Source: Prorocentrum cordatum
Lineage: Eukaryota
DNA length: 55,976 nucleotides
Assembly (NCBI GenBank): GCA_963575745.1
Contig: CAUYUJ010000120.1
Span: 62,001-117,976, forward strand
Direction: 5' to 3'
Shown here: positions 10,936 to 22,439 of the stretch, in pieces
Layout: each line of letters starts with the position of its first letter
How positions within the stretch are numbered: the first letter of the stretch is position 1
Program-made: the position numbers and the translations under genes
Notes under the pieces: model-generated
The model's database searches: none
What the model saw: the letters and a program-made list of their open reading frames with translations, nothing else
Told to the model about the DNA's origin: nothing

Positions 10936-12369
10936 GGAGAAAACCGACAGCCTCAATATCGCACTCAACAGCCGATCCCGCCCACATGCATTTGGAGGGT
11001 AATATCTACCCGATCGACTTGATATTAAGATGGCCAGCGGGAATAAGATTGAATATTAGTAGGAGAATATTTATGCTCTGAATAACTGTCGAATTTTGAG
11101 AAATCGATTTTGGTTTTAAATGGGCAAACAACAAAACTTCCGTCGAGATTTTTTTGGCCAACTAGCCCTCCACCGCGCTGGAATTACTCTCTAGCTTCGC
11201 CGCTTCGCTCTTAGGGCGGCCCTACGAGTCGCTCTCTAGCCTTGCCCCTTCGCTCTTGGGGAAGCTCTGCGAGTCATTGTCCGCCCGGGCCGGGTGGGCG
11301 AACTAGCTCCACCCCGCGCCGGAATTCCTCTGGTTCATCGATGCCGAAGAGATCCACGAGGTACTACGAGGAGTCATGTTCACCCAGCCGGCCCAGATTT
11401 CCCACATTGTCCGCCCGGGCCCGGTGGGCCACCTGGGGGCAGGCGGTGAACCGTCAAGCAGGTTGCCGCCGGGACCCTCGTAGAGCTGTCAAGTAGGAGA
11501 ACAGAGCTTCCTTTAAATCAGCTGATAACTCGCAGTTTTTTTTTTTTTTTTTTTTTTTGTTCTCTCGGATTTGATCTGCAATTCGTTCCATCCAGTGTTA
11601 TAGCAGTGATACCGGAGGTGCCACGATCTGAGAACTTACGGGCAAACGCAGCATAACCCACTACACGTGCAAAAATTACTTCGTTCCGACCTGCTCAAGT
11701 TTAATGCAGAAAACAGCGAGGATGAAATACGCCTCTACGAATGTTCTCGAATCTATCTTCTGATAATCCTCGAGCCACAAGCTTCCGCTTATGTAGATAG
11801 ATGCTTCTTGGCGTGCTGAATCCATCGGTGCAAATCAGAACTATGTAGGTTGCTTTCTGCTTGGGTGCAGTTCACGAACATCTTGAAAAATGCACCCCGG
11901 CGGCAGACGGGTCCTCCACGTCTTTTCACAGTAGTAGTCGAGCTACAGACCTGAGAATTTGACAGGCGAGCGCGGCATAAACCACTACACGTTAGAAAAA
12001 CATTGGTTTTCAAAAACGAATCTTCAACTTTCGCGCAGTCTCCAAAAAACCGACTCCAGGTCGTCACATTGTCTGCCAGGGCCGGGTGGGCCAACTCGGA
12101 ACTGGCGGTAAACCGTCAACCAGGTTATCGCCAAGACCCTCGTAGAGCTCTTGAATCACGGAATAGTGCTCAGAATTTGACGAGAAAGCTCAATTCAATA
12201 TCAGCGTAAACACTCGAAAGGATTATTCTCTGATCATTATAGGAAGTTGATTCCGCTAAGTTTTGATGATAGTAATATTACAGCTGCGGACCTGAAGATT
12301 CAACAGATCGACGCGCGATAACCTGTTACGGGTGCATAGAGTATTGGAGCTGTGTAGGACCAGGACGGG

Positions 12370-14575
12370 ACGATCGATTACTGTGTCATCGACGTTCCCG
12401 AGGACCGAGGGTGGTTCACCAGCAGCCCTGTCCGTGATGCCCGAAGAGGCCGACAGCGACTTCTCCGGCGACATCGAGCAGGCGGTGTTGGCATAATGGC
12501 AGGAGGTCGAGGGCGCTGGGGATCTGACTCAGGAGCTTCAGCAGCTGGAGGGCCTCGACAGGTAGCAGATGGTCCACGCTGCTGTCGAGCACGCGGCCGC
12601 CAGCATAGACCGCCGACCGCGCGAGTGGCCCCGGCACCTGGGGACTCAGCATCAACGTCAGGACATCCACGCGCAGTGTCACTACTACTTGCGCGGTGGC
12701 GCCACTTGAGAGGACTGCGCCATGCTTGGCGAGGAGGACGAATGAGGAAACCATGTGAAGTTGTCTTAGCCCAGAAGTGCGAGAAACACTTCTCAGCTGC
12801 CACGAGGGCAAATATGTTGCTTGCTGGCCCGCCAGAGCGGTATTTTTGTTTTATGTCGCCGTCCCGATCGCGGTAAGCAAGCGCGACTCGGATCTCCTGG
12901 CCAGATGGGAGGTGTCACTCGGAGGTGTCGAGGCTTACCGAGGAGGTGGCCGCCGCCACTCTCGAGGAGCTTACGATCTGGGTGAAGTGCAAGTGTTTCG
13001 AGCCCCCCCCTCCCAAAGGCGCTCAGCACGCGTTCAAGTGGAAGCGCTGGCAGGTGTCGGACGGCCAAACCGTCAGGATCATTCGGTGCCGCGTGGCGGT
13101 GAAGGGCTTCCGCGATATGGGTGCTGGAGCCCTGGAGACGGTCACCTCAGCGGCGAAGCGAGCGTCTCAGCGCATTCTGTCCTCAGACGCGGCTTGTCGG
13201 CTGGAGTGGGTGTTCATCTCCGTGAACGTCGAGACTGCGTTCCTGTGGGGCATGACCTATGCCGAGATGCAGGAGTACGGCGAAGCACCAAGAGCGGTGA
13301 ATTTCACCCTGCCACCCAGGCTGCGAGTCCTTCGACATGGAGACCGAATGCCCGCGCTGCATCAAGCCGGGCACGGGCTGCAAGGATGCGCCAAGGGCTC
13401 TCTTCACGACGCTCGCTCGGGTCACGCTCTCGCCCGAGTGCAACGCTGGGCCGACTCGGTGGAGCCGGGAGCTTGAGGTCAATCACGAGTTGTCCAGCGC
13501 TGGTGGTGCTGACGTCGCAGAGTTGGTGCTCAGGCTGTCGGAGCACGTTGGCGATCTCAAGATCGCAGGACACAAGAAGCACGTCGACCGACTCCTCGGC
13601 CACGCCGATAGCGTCTCGGGCAAGATGACAGGTGATCACGATGACCTCACCAACTGCGGATTTCATCAACACCGCTGATCCCCATCGAGCACGTCGACCT
13701 GGTCAAGTCGAAGGCCCACGAGCCGGCAGGAGGTCCGCTCACGGACCTTTGTTCCCTCCTCGGAGCAGCCGATTATGCGCTGCTTGCGCAATGCCGCGTT
13801 GCCGTCTACATTGTCGCGCTCCAACGGACCAAGAAGAAGCTGCTCATCAGGCGCATTCTGCAGCTCAGTTCTGTTGTTCTGGCCATGCAGCAGACAAAAG
13901 CGTGCATCGTCTTCCCAGCAATTGAGTGCGCTGGCCAGATCTGTGTGCACAGCGACGGCTCGTTCAAGCGTGAGGGGGAGACAGGATGCGGCATGCGTGG
14001 CGCCGTGCGTGTGTGCCTGGGCAAGTGTCGCAGTACTGGCAAACAGATCTGCGATTTGCTGGACGCTGTGAGCCGATCACGCAAACTTGTGTAGATCCTG
14101 ATCTGGCTCCGAGCTGTGCGCTGCGTGTGGGCCAGCAGACGGTCGACGGGCGTGCCTACTCGCGCTCCTCGAGATGGTGTTCGGAGCCGCATCAGCAGAT
14201 GAGATCGGGGGGCTGAGGGAGTTGGAGGCTTGCGCTGTGCAGGCCGAGCTGGTTGTGGACGGCATGTCCGTCTCCTCCGCGCTGGCCATTGACCACGTGC
14301 GGCCGCCCTCAGAGAGCGGCATGGCAGGCCATCTGTGGTGGCTATCAGACCGGCTGCGCACATAACAGCTATCCGACATGCTGGTGTGCGACGCCCGTTG
14401 CATGAGGGCGGACCCCAAGACGAAGGGGAGCATCGGGCGGGAGCTCAAATTCGACAGCATGGCAGGGGAGCTCGACTACGTGCATCCCACGGTGAGGTTA
14501 AGCGAGGAGCGACTTAAGAAGACAGTGCCGAGCTGCAGCTACAGCGAATTGAACAAGGACAGCGATGGCGGGTGA
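12370..14575 (+). mobile_element. Decayed Ty1/copia pol remnant (RT + RNase H)
   Basis: RT: FKWK..RCRVAVKGFRD..ET.TSAAKRASQR..VNVETAFL, KPGTGCKDAPRA, HVGDL (13544-13558; YVDD equivalent). RNase H: HSDGSF, LLDAVSRSRKLV, LVVDGMS, MRADPKTKG. Multiple frameshifts and stops. Confidence 0.88.
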
Positions 14576-15289
14576 TCAACTTGGCGTCGCATGTCCAAGC
14601 TGTGTTCGTGAATGCGCCGACCGACGCTCATTTCGCGAACTGCTTTCGCGAATGCGACGCAGTTCTTCAGGGAGAGAAGAAGGAGGGGGACCCGCGTATC
14701 ACGCACAATGATCGCGAATGCGATGTAGTGGGTCACGCCCATGAGCGGCTGTCTCCATGCAATCTGTTCGTGGGGCAGCAGGCCCTTGCGCGTTGAGCAC
14801 TGATCATCTGCTCTATGCTCCGCCAATGCTTTGCTGTCAGCCTTTCCTGTCGGTCGCGCCCGCATTTTTTTATAATAAAAAATGAGCTTGGTTAGCAGAA
14901 GGCCCTCTGTGCAGGGCAACTTTCATGAGAGGGGTGGTTAGTAGAACCCCTTCCTTTTCCTGTTCCGCGCTGTATTGTTTTGCGTGGCCGGTCTGTCGGG
15001 TCTCGGTGGTGGCCTGGGCGGTTGGAGTCCAGGCTTCCGACGAGGTGTGTCGGACCTGATTGAGCACCAGGGTCGAACGGTCGGTCACCTCTTCCTCTGG
15101 TATGTCAGGAGTATAGCAGCATGTGTTCGCAGGTTAGACGTGTTGGTTCACCGCGGGCAGTTGGCCAAGGTGGCCACCTACCGCGCCCGCAAGAATATTC
15201 CCCGACCGCTCCTAGACACCGTTTTGCGTTGATTTTGCGCGGGCGTGTGCGATGAATGGACAGAGGTGGGAGAAGGACAGGCTGCGATG

Positions 15290-16100
15290 AGGTGAAGGAT
15301 GGAGACCTCTCCGTGGCAAGGGGGTCACGCGCAAAACAGGTCTAGTGAGGTACTTCAGCCGACCAAGTCTCGAGGCGCCCCTGTCTGTAGATCTGCGGCG
15401 TCCTTCAGTCACGCGGAGCGGCTTGGCAGCTTCTCGGGAAAGCGATCCTGGGTGGGTGGGGGGGGGCGTGGGGGGGGGCGCCTGACTCGGCCCTCGCAAG
15501 ACTGCGAGGCCAAAGTTGCGGAGCCCAGAACTGCCCGCCCCCCGCTTCCACAGGCCCGGCAGTTTTAGAAACGCGGACTCCTCAAATTACGAGTTCGCGT
15601 GTGCACTGAGCGGACAGATCGAGGATAATGCGAGGCGACGGGAAAGGAAAACATGGGGGCTCTTTCTGTGGCAATGCGGCCGCGCGCGCGCGAGGTCGGG
15701 GAGCTACCTCGCCCGACGGAGTCCTCGAGGCGTCCTGGGTTGTAGATCTAGGGCGCCCTTCATGTACGCGGAACGGCTTTTGTACCGTTCGGGAAAACGA
15801 AGGTGACGGGGTGGGCGCCTGACTCGACCCCCCCAAGACTGCGAGGCCAAGGTGGCGGAACCCGCAGCAGCCCCCCCCTGGCTTCCAGATGACCAGCAGT
15901 CTTAGACACGCAGATTCCATCAGCTAGGTGTACGAGTGTGCACTGAATGGACTGAGGACGGAGAATGCGGGGCCAGGGGGGGGGGGATGGAGGCTTCTCC
16001 GTGGCATGGCGGCCACGCGCGCTCAAGGTCGGGTTAGCTACCCGACGCGACCAAGTTCCCGATGCGCCCCGGCCTGTGTATCCAGGGCGCCCAGCAGACT
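15290..16100. repeat. Diverged tandem repeat, about 2.3 copies of ~335-355 bp
   Basis: ATGG..CTC(T)CCGTGGCA recurs at ~15299, ~15653 and ~15988. GGGCGCCTGACTCG..CAAGACTGCGAGGCCAA recurs at ~15476 and ~15813. Confidence 0.8.
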
Positions 16101-16431
16101 TCCCAGAGCTCCTTGCAAACGAAGCCGCGAAATCCACGTGCGCGCACATCCCGGAACCATGCCAAGCACGATCGTGTTGTACGCATCTGGTAGCACGCAC
16201 AAGCATTATCACTAGTCTTGCAGATATCTTTGGCGCGGGCTTGCAGAAACCAAAAGAATCCGTATGATTGTACCAATCTCGTCCAGAGCCCGCATGTTCA
16301 TAGCACCACGCGGTGCATCCGCGTTGATCCAGCATGCGCCCAGTGCGCGAATCCTTATCACAGATTACCTTGCGAGCCAAATGTGCGCGCAGCCGCGCGC
16401 GCGTGTCCATATCCTTCTGCAAACGCAACTG

Positions 16432-16471
<40 letters not shown>

Positions 16472-17479
16472 ATATCTCTCTTTTTCTCTTCCCATATATA
16501 TGTATATGTTTTTTTGTTTGTTTGTTTCTTTTTTTCCGTCTTATGTATATATATATACTCTTCTTCTGATTCTTTTTCACATCAAGCCACCCAGATTTAT
16601 TGAGCTGTTGCGCGCGCTTTCTCTTTGCCTTCAAGCATTGCCCCGTCGATCGTCTTCGTCAATCGGCGTCATTGCCGCCAACATCATCGTCATCACCACT
16701 AATCGTCATCATCACCGCTATCCTTATCATAACTATCTTCACCACAATCACCTTCACAACCGACACATGGACATCATCGTCATCGTGGCCAGTGCGTGCC
16801 AGTACGGCCTTGGAGACGGGTTGGGAACTTCCCATGGGTACGCCCCGTTGCAGCCGTATCAGTTGTGTCCAGCCAACTGGTCGCTCTGCACGTGACCGCG
16901 CGCGCCCGCGCGGCCGTAGAAACGTTGTGGCATGTTCCAATTGGGAATTGGGAGCGTGGCCGAATAAGTTCTGCCAAGCAGCCTGTGGGTGGTTAGGTGG
17001 GATGTTTGTGCGACCGGGGGGGTCAGCGACTTCAAGACTGCCGAACTGAATTGCGCCGTTCAACACATACCACATGCAGCATTCCACATATGCACCGCAT
17101 GCAGTGCGCGGCGACAATGCAATGACCCGCTGTTTGAGTTCCGGGCTGGAAATCATTGGCCAATTCAGGGCTTCTGGGGCTCCTCGTCGCCACGGCTTGC
17201 TCGTATTGTGCCCTCGAAGCGAAACGTGTTTTTCAGATGTCCAGGGGTCGGTTTTGACCCCCCCGAGCCCAGAAAACCCAACGTTTCGAACAAATCACAA
17301 CGGTCATAAGATGGCGATGTTGTTCTATTCCAGGGCCGCGCCCGCTCTTTTTGTTGTTCAGCCTTCCCTCTGGCTCGTGCTCGTCGTGGGTCGTCATTGC
17401 CGGCGTCCTGCTCTTGCCGCCGCTGCCAGCGCTGCTGTTGCCTGGTGCTGGTCCTCCTTCCGCCTCGCCTCGTCGTTCC

Positions 17480-17665
17480 CCTGGTTCTCCTCCTCATCCT
17501 TGTGTTGTCCCTCTGGTTTCTCCCTCTCCTGGTTTCTCCTCCTCCTGGTTTCTCCTCCTCCTCCTGGTTTTCCTTCTGGTTCTCCTCCTCCTCCTCCTGG
17601 TTCTCCTCCTCCTGGTTGTTTTCTCCTGATTGTCTCCTCCTCCTCCTCCTGGTTTCTCCTCCTCT
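17480..17665. repeat. (TCC)n-TGGTT compound minisatellite
   Basis: Repeated TCTCCTCCTCCTGGTT variants. Confidence 0.85.
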
Positions 17666-17873
17666 TGTCCCTGATCGTGTTGGCTTCCTTGAATTTGCCC
17701 CCGCGAAGCGGTTCCGCATGACGTCCCCCAGTCGCAAAGCAGTGGCACCAGGGGGTGACCCCCACCGTTTAAAGTGCAGGGTGCATGCTGTAAGTGAGGG
17801 GTATAACGAGGACGAATAGGAATGGGAAGACGAAGTTTAACAACATGGAAAGGAGGGGGAGGAGGAGGAGGTC

Positions 17874-18003
<130 letters not shown>

Positions 18004-18265
18004 AGGAGGAGGAGGAGCATGTGGAGGAGAAATATCAGGACGAGGATGTGGACGATTAGAATTATCACAGCAACGAAACCGCGATCACCGTCGTTATTTA
18101 CATCAGCATTATCTGCGAGCACCATTATCACCATTCATGTTTTTTCCCTACTTAGGCTCTGCCTAGAAGGGTTCTTACTCTGTTAGCTAAAGGGGCCGGG
18201 CAATGGAAACCGCCTCGGGCGGTTCCCCCAGTCCCCGCCCCGCGGTTCCCCCAGTCCCCTGGGAG

Positions 18266-19000
18266 CTTTAGCCTTAGCTTTAGCTTTAGCTTAGCTTTAG
18301 CTTTAGCTTTAGCTTTAGCTTTAGCTTTAGCTTGCTTTAGCTTTAGCTTAGCTTAGCTTTAGCTTAGCTTTAGCTTAGCTTTAGCTTAGCTTCAGCTTAG
18401 CTTAGCTTTAGCTTAGCTTTAGCTTAGCTTTAGCTTAGCATTAGCTTAGCTTCAACTTAGCTTTAGCTTAGCTTTAGCTTAGTGATAGCTTTAGCTTAGC
18501 TTAGCTTAGCTTTAGCTTAGCTTAGCTTTAGCTTAGCTTTAGCTTAGCTTCAGCTTAGTGTTAGCTTTAGCTTAGCTTTAGCTTAGCTTAGCTTAGCTTT
18601 AGCTTAGCTTTTTAGCTTAGAGCTTTAGCTTAGCTTTAGCTTAGCTTTAGCTTAGCTTTAGCTTAGCTTAGCTTAGCTTAGCTTTAGCTTAGCTTTAGCT
18701 TAGCTTTAGCTTAGCTTTAGCTTAGCTTCAGCTTAGTGTTAGCTTAGCTTTAGCTTAGTTTAGCTTAGCTTTAGCTTAGCTTTAGCTTAGCTTTAGCTTA
18801 GCTTTAGCTTAGCTTTAGCTTAGCTTAGCTTAGCTTTAGCTTAGCTTTAGCTTAGCTTTAGCTTAGCTTAGCTTAGCTTAGCTTTAGCTTAGCTAGCTTA
18901 GCTTAGCTTAGTTAGCTTAGCTTTAGCTTAGCTTTAGCTTAGCTTTAGCTTAGCTTTAGCTTAGCTTTAGCTTAGCTTTAGCTTAGCTAGTTTAGCTTTA
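18266..19000 (+). repeat. Mixed TTAGC/TTTAGC satellite (~735 bp)
   Basis: Seen directly; alternating 5-mer and 6-mer units. Confidence 0.97.
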
Positions 19001-19076
19001 CTGTTACTACTGATGCTGCTTTCCTAGGGGCTCCAACTCCTAGGTAGGGTCGCACTGGGATGATTATTTCCTTCAG

Positions 19077-19106
19077 CTTTGTTGGCTCAAGTTATTCTGG
19101 CTCAAG
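19077..19106 (+). promoter_or_regulatory. Two tandem 15-nt DinoSL relics behind a candidate trans-splice acceptor
   Basis: TTATTTCCTTCAG|CTTTGTTGGCTCAAG|TTATTCTGGCTCAAG; each relic matches CCATTTTGGCTCAAG at 12/15. Confidence 0.85.
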
Positions 19107-19211
19107 GTTAATTCTTTTTGTCCGGTGCCAATTTGCGTAGACTCCTGCGCCATCAGGTGAAAACGCCGTAACTTCACTCTTAGAGTCATTGTGCGACAGC
19201 TGTGTGCAGCA

Positions 19212-19937
19212 ATGGGATCGACAGGTTTAATGGCAGCATTCCTGCCAGTGGCTGGGCTCATTCGTTTTGCGGGGAGCGGGCCGAAGTTGTGGGGCCGGCT
19301 TGTAAGGCCTTTTGTGCTCGGCATGGTGGTATTGACGGCCGCCACCGCGGTCTTGATGATGATTACACTGCCGTTATTTTGGGCAGCTCCACTCTTGATC
19401 GGCGGCTACTTGCTAGCATGCGTTGTCCTCTTCGAGGCCATCAGTTTCTGCACCAGCATGCAAGAATTCATCATTCAGACAGCACTGGAGGATATTGGTG
19501 TGCTCGAAATTCTTCGCGCGGAGTATGGGCGCGATACGCTTCCTGTTTTGGCGCGGAGGGAGAAGTATAAACATAAGGTTTGGTTTCTGATCGCGCGTTG
19601 TGCTTTGATGGGGGCAACGCTCTTATTCGCGGCAGCGCCGGGGATAGGCCAGTTGTTCGTTGTCTTACTCAATGGCTGGCTCTATGCGTGGCACCTCGTT
19701 GACAAGCAGCTGGTTCTCATTGGCCTGAACAAGTTTGATCAACAGTTCGGACACGTCATACGTAATTTCTTAACGTACGTGGCCTATGGAACAATAGCGC
19801 TCAGCTTGCTAATGGTGCCTGGGATTAATATATTTTTCTTTGCTGGTAATGCGTACGGTGGGGCGTTGCTCTTCAAGGAGTTCGTTGACGCCGAAACACC
19901 TGAGCAGAGATCTCTCCGAGAAAGGTTCACTTCTTGA
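19212..19937 (+). CDS. EI24/CysZ-family multi-pass membrane protein; intronless retrogene
   Basis: Uninterrupted 241-aa ORF from the ATG at 19212. N-terminal P..G......PKLW...V.P and C-terminal PGIG....LNGW.YAW...D and YG......MVPGIN......AYGGA resemble EI24/CysZ patterns. Several hydrophobic segments; SL relics upstream. Confidence 0.78.
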   Translation: MGSTGLMAAFLPVAGLIRFAGSGPKLWGRLVRPFVLGMVVLTAATAVLMMITLPLFWAAPLLIGGYLLACVVLFEAISFCTSMQEFIIQTALEDIGVLEILRAEYGRDTLPVLARREKYKHKVWFLIARCALMGATLLFAAAPGIGQLFVVLLNGWLYAWHLVDKQLVLIGLNKFDQQFGHVIRNFLTYVAYGTIALSLLMVPGINIFFFAGNAYGGALLFKEFVDAETPEQRSLRERFTS

Positions 19938-20069
19938 AGTCTTCTGTGATGCTGCAAGTTGCGCAATGGTGTCGAGGCATCCGTGTCTTGATTCGCTATG
20001 GACATCTAATTTTTTGGAAACGTGATCATGTGAGTAGCATCAGGAATTGTAGCAGGAAGCGGCAAGACG

Positions 20070-20420
20070 TGAGGATGAGGAAGCAGAGGAGGAGGAGGAG
20101 GAGGAGGAGCAGGAGGAGGAGCAGCAGGAGGAGGAGGAAGATGAGGAGGGGGAGCAGGAGGAGGAGGAGGATGAGGAATAGGCGGAGGAGAATGAGTGAG
20201 AGGAGGATGATGTGGAGGAGGAGGAGGAGGCGGAGGAGAAGGTTTAGGATGATGACAATCCTGATGATGATGATGCTGATGATGATGATGATTATTATTA
20301 TTATTATGATGTCGATGCTGATGATGCTGATGATGATGATGCTGCTGCTGATGACGATGATGATGACGAGTCTGAAGAGGAGGATTAGGAGTAGGAAGAA
20401 GAGGGGGTGTAGGATGAGGA
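20070..20420 (+). repeat. (GGA)n/(GAT)n compound microsatellite
   Basis: Seen directly. Confidence 0.9.
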
Positions 20421-20439
20421 AAGCCAGAGTAACCCAACG

Positions 20440-21253
20440 AATTGTCAGCTCTGTTTGGATAAGTCCTCCAAGCGTCCTTTTCATAGGCCCCCACAAGGCT
20501 TCATTTCCGCTCACGGAAAAGGGCCCCGTTGGGGGACAACCGAATTTAAATCCTGAAGCGTGCCAAAGCGCCATTGTTTGGACTCCAACGCCACGAATCT
20601 TCCTGACTGTTGCGTCTTGACGGTCCCGAATCGTGCTAGAACACCATTTCTGGGGGTTCCGCACCGCGAATCAACGTAACTGCTGTGTTTCGACGATCCT
20701 GAATCATTCCAGTATTTAATGTTTTGTGCATTGGCCATGCACATCTGCGATACTCTTGCATGTATTTCAGACGAGTGTGCGCGGCGCTAAGGCGAGAACC
20801 ACGTTGGAAAGGAACTGCCCCCAATCCGTAAAACGCTTGCATACTTTTTGACGGCGAGTGTACGCGGCGCTAATGCGAGAGCCACAGTTTGAGAACGATC
20901 CGTTCACCTCCTTGTAATTATAAGCAACGTGTGTGCGCGGCGCAAAGTCGATAGCCACATTCTGAATATCAGCCGCCCTCAAGCCGTGACATTCTTGCTT
21001 TCAATAGTGTACGCGGCGCTAAGGCGGCAATTGCATTTTGAAAATGCCCTGTCCTACATCCGTGAAGCTCTTGCAAATTGTCAAGACGAGTGGGCTCGGT
21101 GCTATGGCGATAGCCACAGTTGAGAAACCACCCGCCCTCCATTTGTGAATCAGTTGCCAGCTCTTAAGCCTCAATGTCAAAAGTGGTAAGGAGATCTCAG
21201 GCGAACTGCTCGGCCTGCCCTTCCGACTGGCTTCGGGGTTCGACAGGGACGAG

Positions 21254-21255
<2 letters not shown>
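20440..21255 (+). repeat. Dispersed repeat family B, copy 1, with five ~75-85-bp internal units
   Basis: Colinear similarity to 32120-32935, including the shared CACCGCGAATCAACGTAACTG and the end TCTCAGGCGA..GGCTTCGGGG..CAGGGA. Internal unit GTGTGCGCGGCGCTAAGGCGAGAGCCAC. Confidence 0.85.
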
Positions 21256-21256
<1 letters not shown>

Positions 21257-21310
<54 letters not shown>

Positions 21311-21790
21311 ACTGATGATGCTGATGATGATGCATGATGATAATGCGGATGATCATGCTGCTGCTGAAGATGTTGATGATGAGGATGATGATGCTGATGA
21401 TGCTGATGACGATCATGATGATGATGATGCTGATCATGCTGATGATCCAGATGCGGCTGTTGCTGATGATTACGATGACGCTGATGATGATAATGATGAT
21501 GATGCCGATGCTGATGATATTGATGATGCTGATTTTAATGATGATGATAATGATGTTGCTGCTGCTGATGTTGACGATGTTGCTGCTGCTGATGATGATG
21601 ATGCTTATGATTATGCTGCTGAGGATGATGATGCTGCCGATGACGATGATGATGGTGATGATGATGCTGATGATGATGTTGATGATGCTGCTGATGATGA
21701 TGATCATGATGATGATGCTGATGATGATGCTGATGATTATGCTGCTGGTGATGATGATGCTGTCGATGACGATGATGATGATGATGATGA
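21257..21790 (+). repeat. Degenerate (GAT)n microsatellite
   Basis: Seen directly; runs into the gap. Confidence 0.95.
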
Positions 21791-21890
21791 NNNNNNNNNN
21801 NNNNNNNNNNNNNNNNNNNNNNNNNNNNNNNNNNNNNNNNNNNNNNNNNNNNNNNNNNNNNNNNNNNNNNNNNNNNNNNNNNNNNNNNNN
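21791..21890. other. Assembly gap (100 N)
   Basis: Run of N. Confidence 1.
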
Positions 21891-22139
21891 GGGGCAACAG
21901 GAGGTGTGAAAGGCTGTTTTTGTAGACCCAGGTAAGTTTATTTGCATGGCAGTTTCTCCCTTTCCCCCCCGCATGGCATCCCCTCCCCTCCCCTCCCCCC
22001 TCTCCGCCGCCTTTTCCAACAGCTCTGGGTCGAAAAGGCGTGCAAAGAAGTTCCATCCTACATGAAGTCCAAATTTCCTTTCGGGGGGCCTGCTTCCCCC
22101 CTCCATGCAAGTACGGTGGGTGCGCGTCGTGTCCTCAGG

Positions 22140-22295
22140 CGTTGACCCCGCCGACGGCGTTCCACGTTGAACGCCTCCGGCGACCCCGAATCTGTCGATG
22201 TTGAACGATGTGACGTTACGGAAACGGCCGATCGTTAAAGGTTGATCGATCCCCGCAGTGTCAGGAGCGACCGCTGGGGTCGACACGGCACGAAC
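22140..22295 (+). repeat. Dispersed repeat, paralogous to ~31465-31625
   Basis: Shared GGCGACCC..GTCGATGTTGAAC.AT.TGACG..CGGAA.CGGCCGATCGTT.AAGG..GTGTCAG..CACGAAC. Confidence 0.8.
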
Positions 22296-22439
22296 CTGCG
22301 GTAAGCTTGCCAGATTCTAAAGAAGATTTTCCTCCGGCGTGCCTCGAATCCTCCCTTTCCCCCGGAGGCGCGAGGCAGGGGCGGGGGCGTGCGCGGCCTC
22401 TCCTTCGGGGATCTCGGCACCGCTCCCATGAGGCCGCCC

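Larger units (their letters stand above)
3643..12150. mobile_element. Cluster of family A non-autonomous elements (Helentron/HINE-like). Copies at about 3643-4151(-), 5085-6637(+), 7070-8372(-), 8384-10020(-), 10063-11230(-), plus end modules at 11231-11487 and 12065-12150
   Basis: Copies share the subterminal IR ACTCGTAGAGCT(TC), a terminal hairpin CCGGCGGTAA..TTACCGCCGG, a ~250-bp conserved block (GATGGCGAGCGGGAATAAGATCGAATATG...), a GGA/TCC tract and ~175-bp tandem units. Confidence 0.75.

Noticed and set aside
11684..11699. SL relic (..CTGCTCAAG); similarly GACTCAAG at ~4271
   Set aside because: Match too short and no downstream ORF.
14900..15230. PPT (GAGAGGGG) and 3' LTR of the first copia remnant
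   Set aside because: No second copy in the window and the termini are unclear.
16815..16955. Short palindromes CCCATGGG and TTCCAATTGGGAA
   Set aside because: Single occurrences with no defined element boundaries; not distinguishable from chance.
18266..19000. True telomere
   Set aside because: The array is internal and its unit is TTAGC/TTTAGC, not TTTAGGG.
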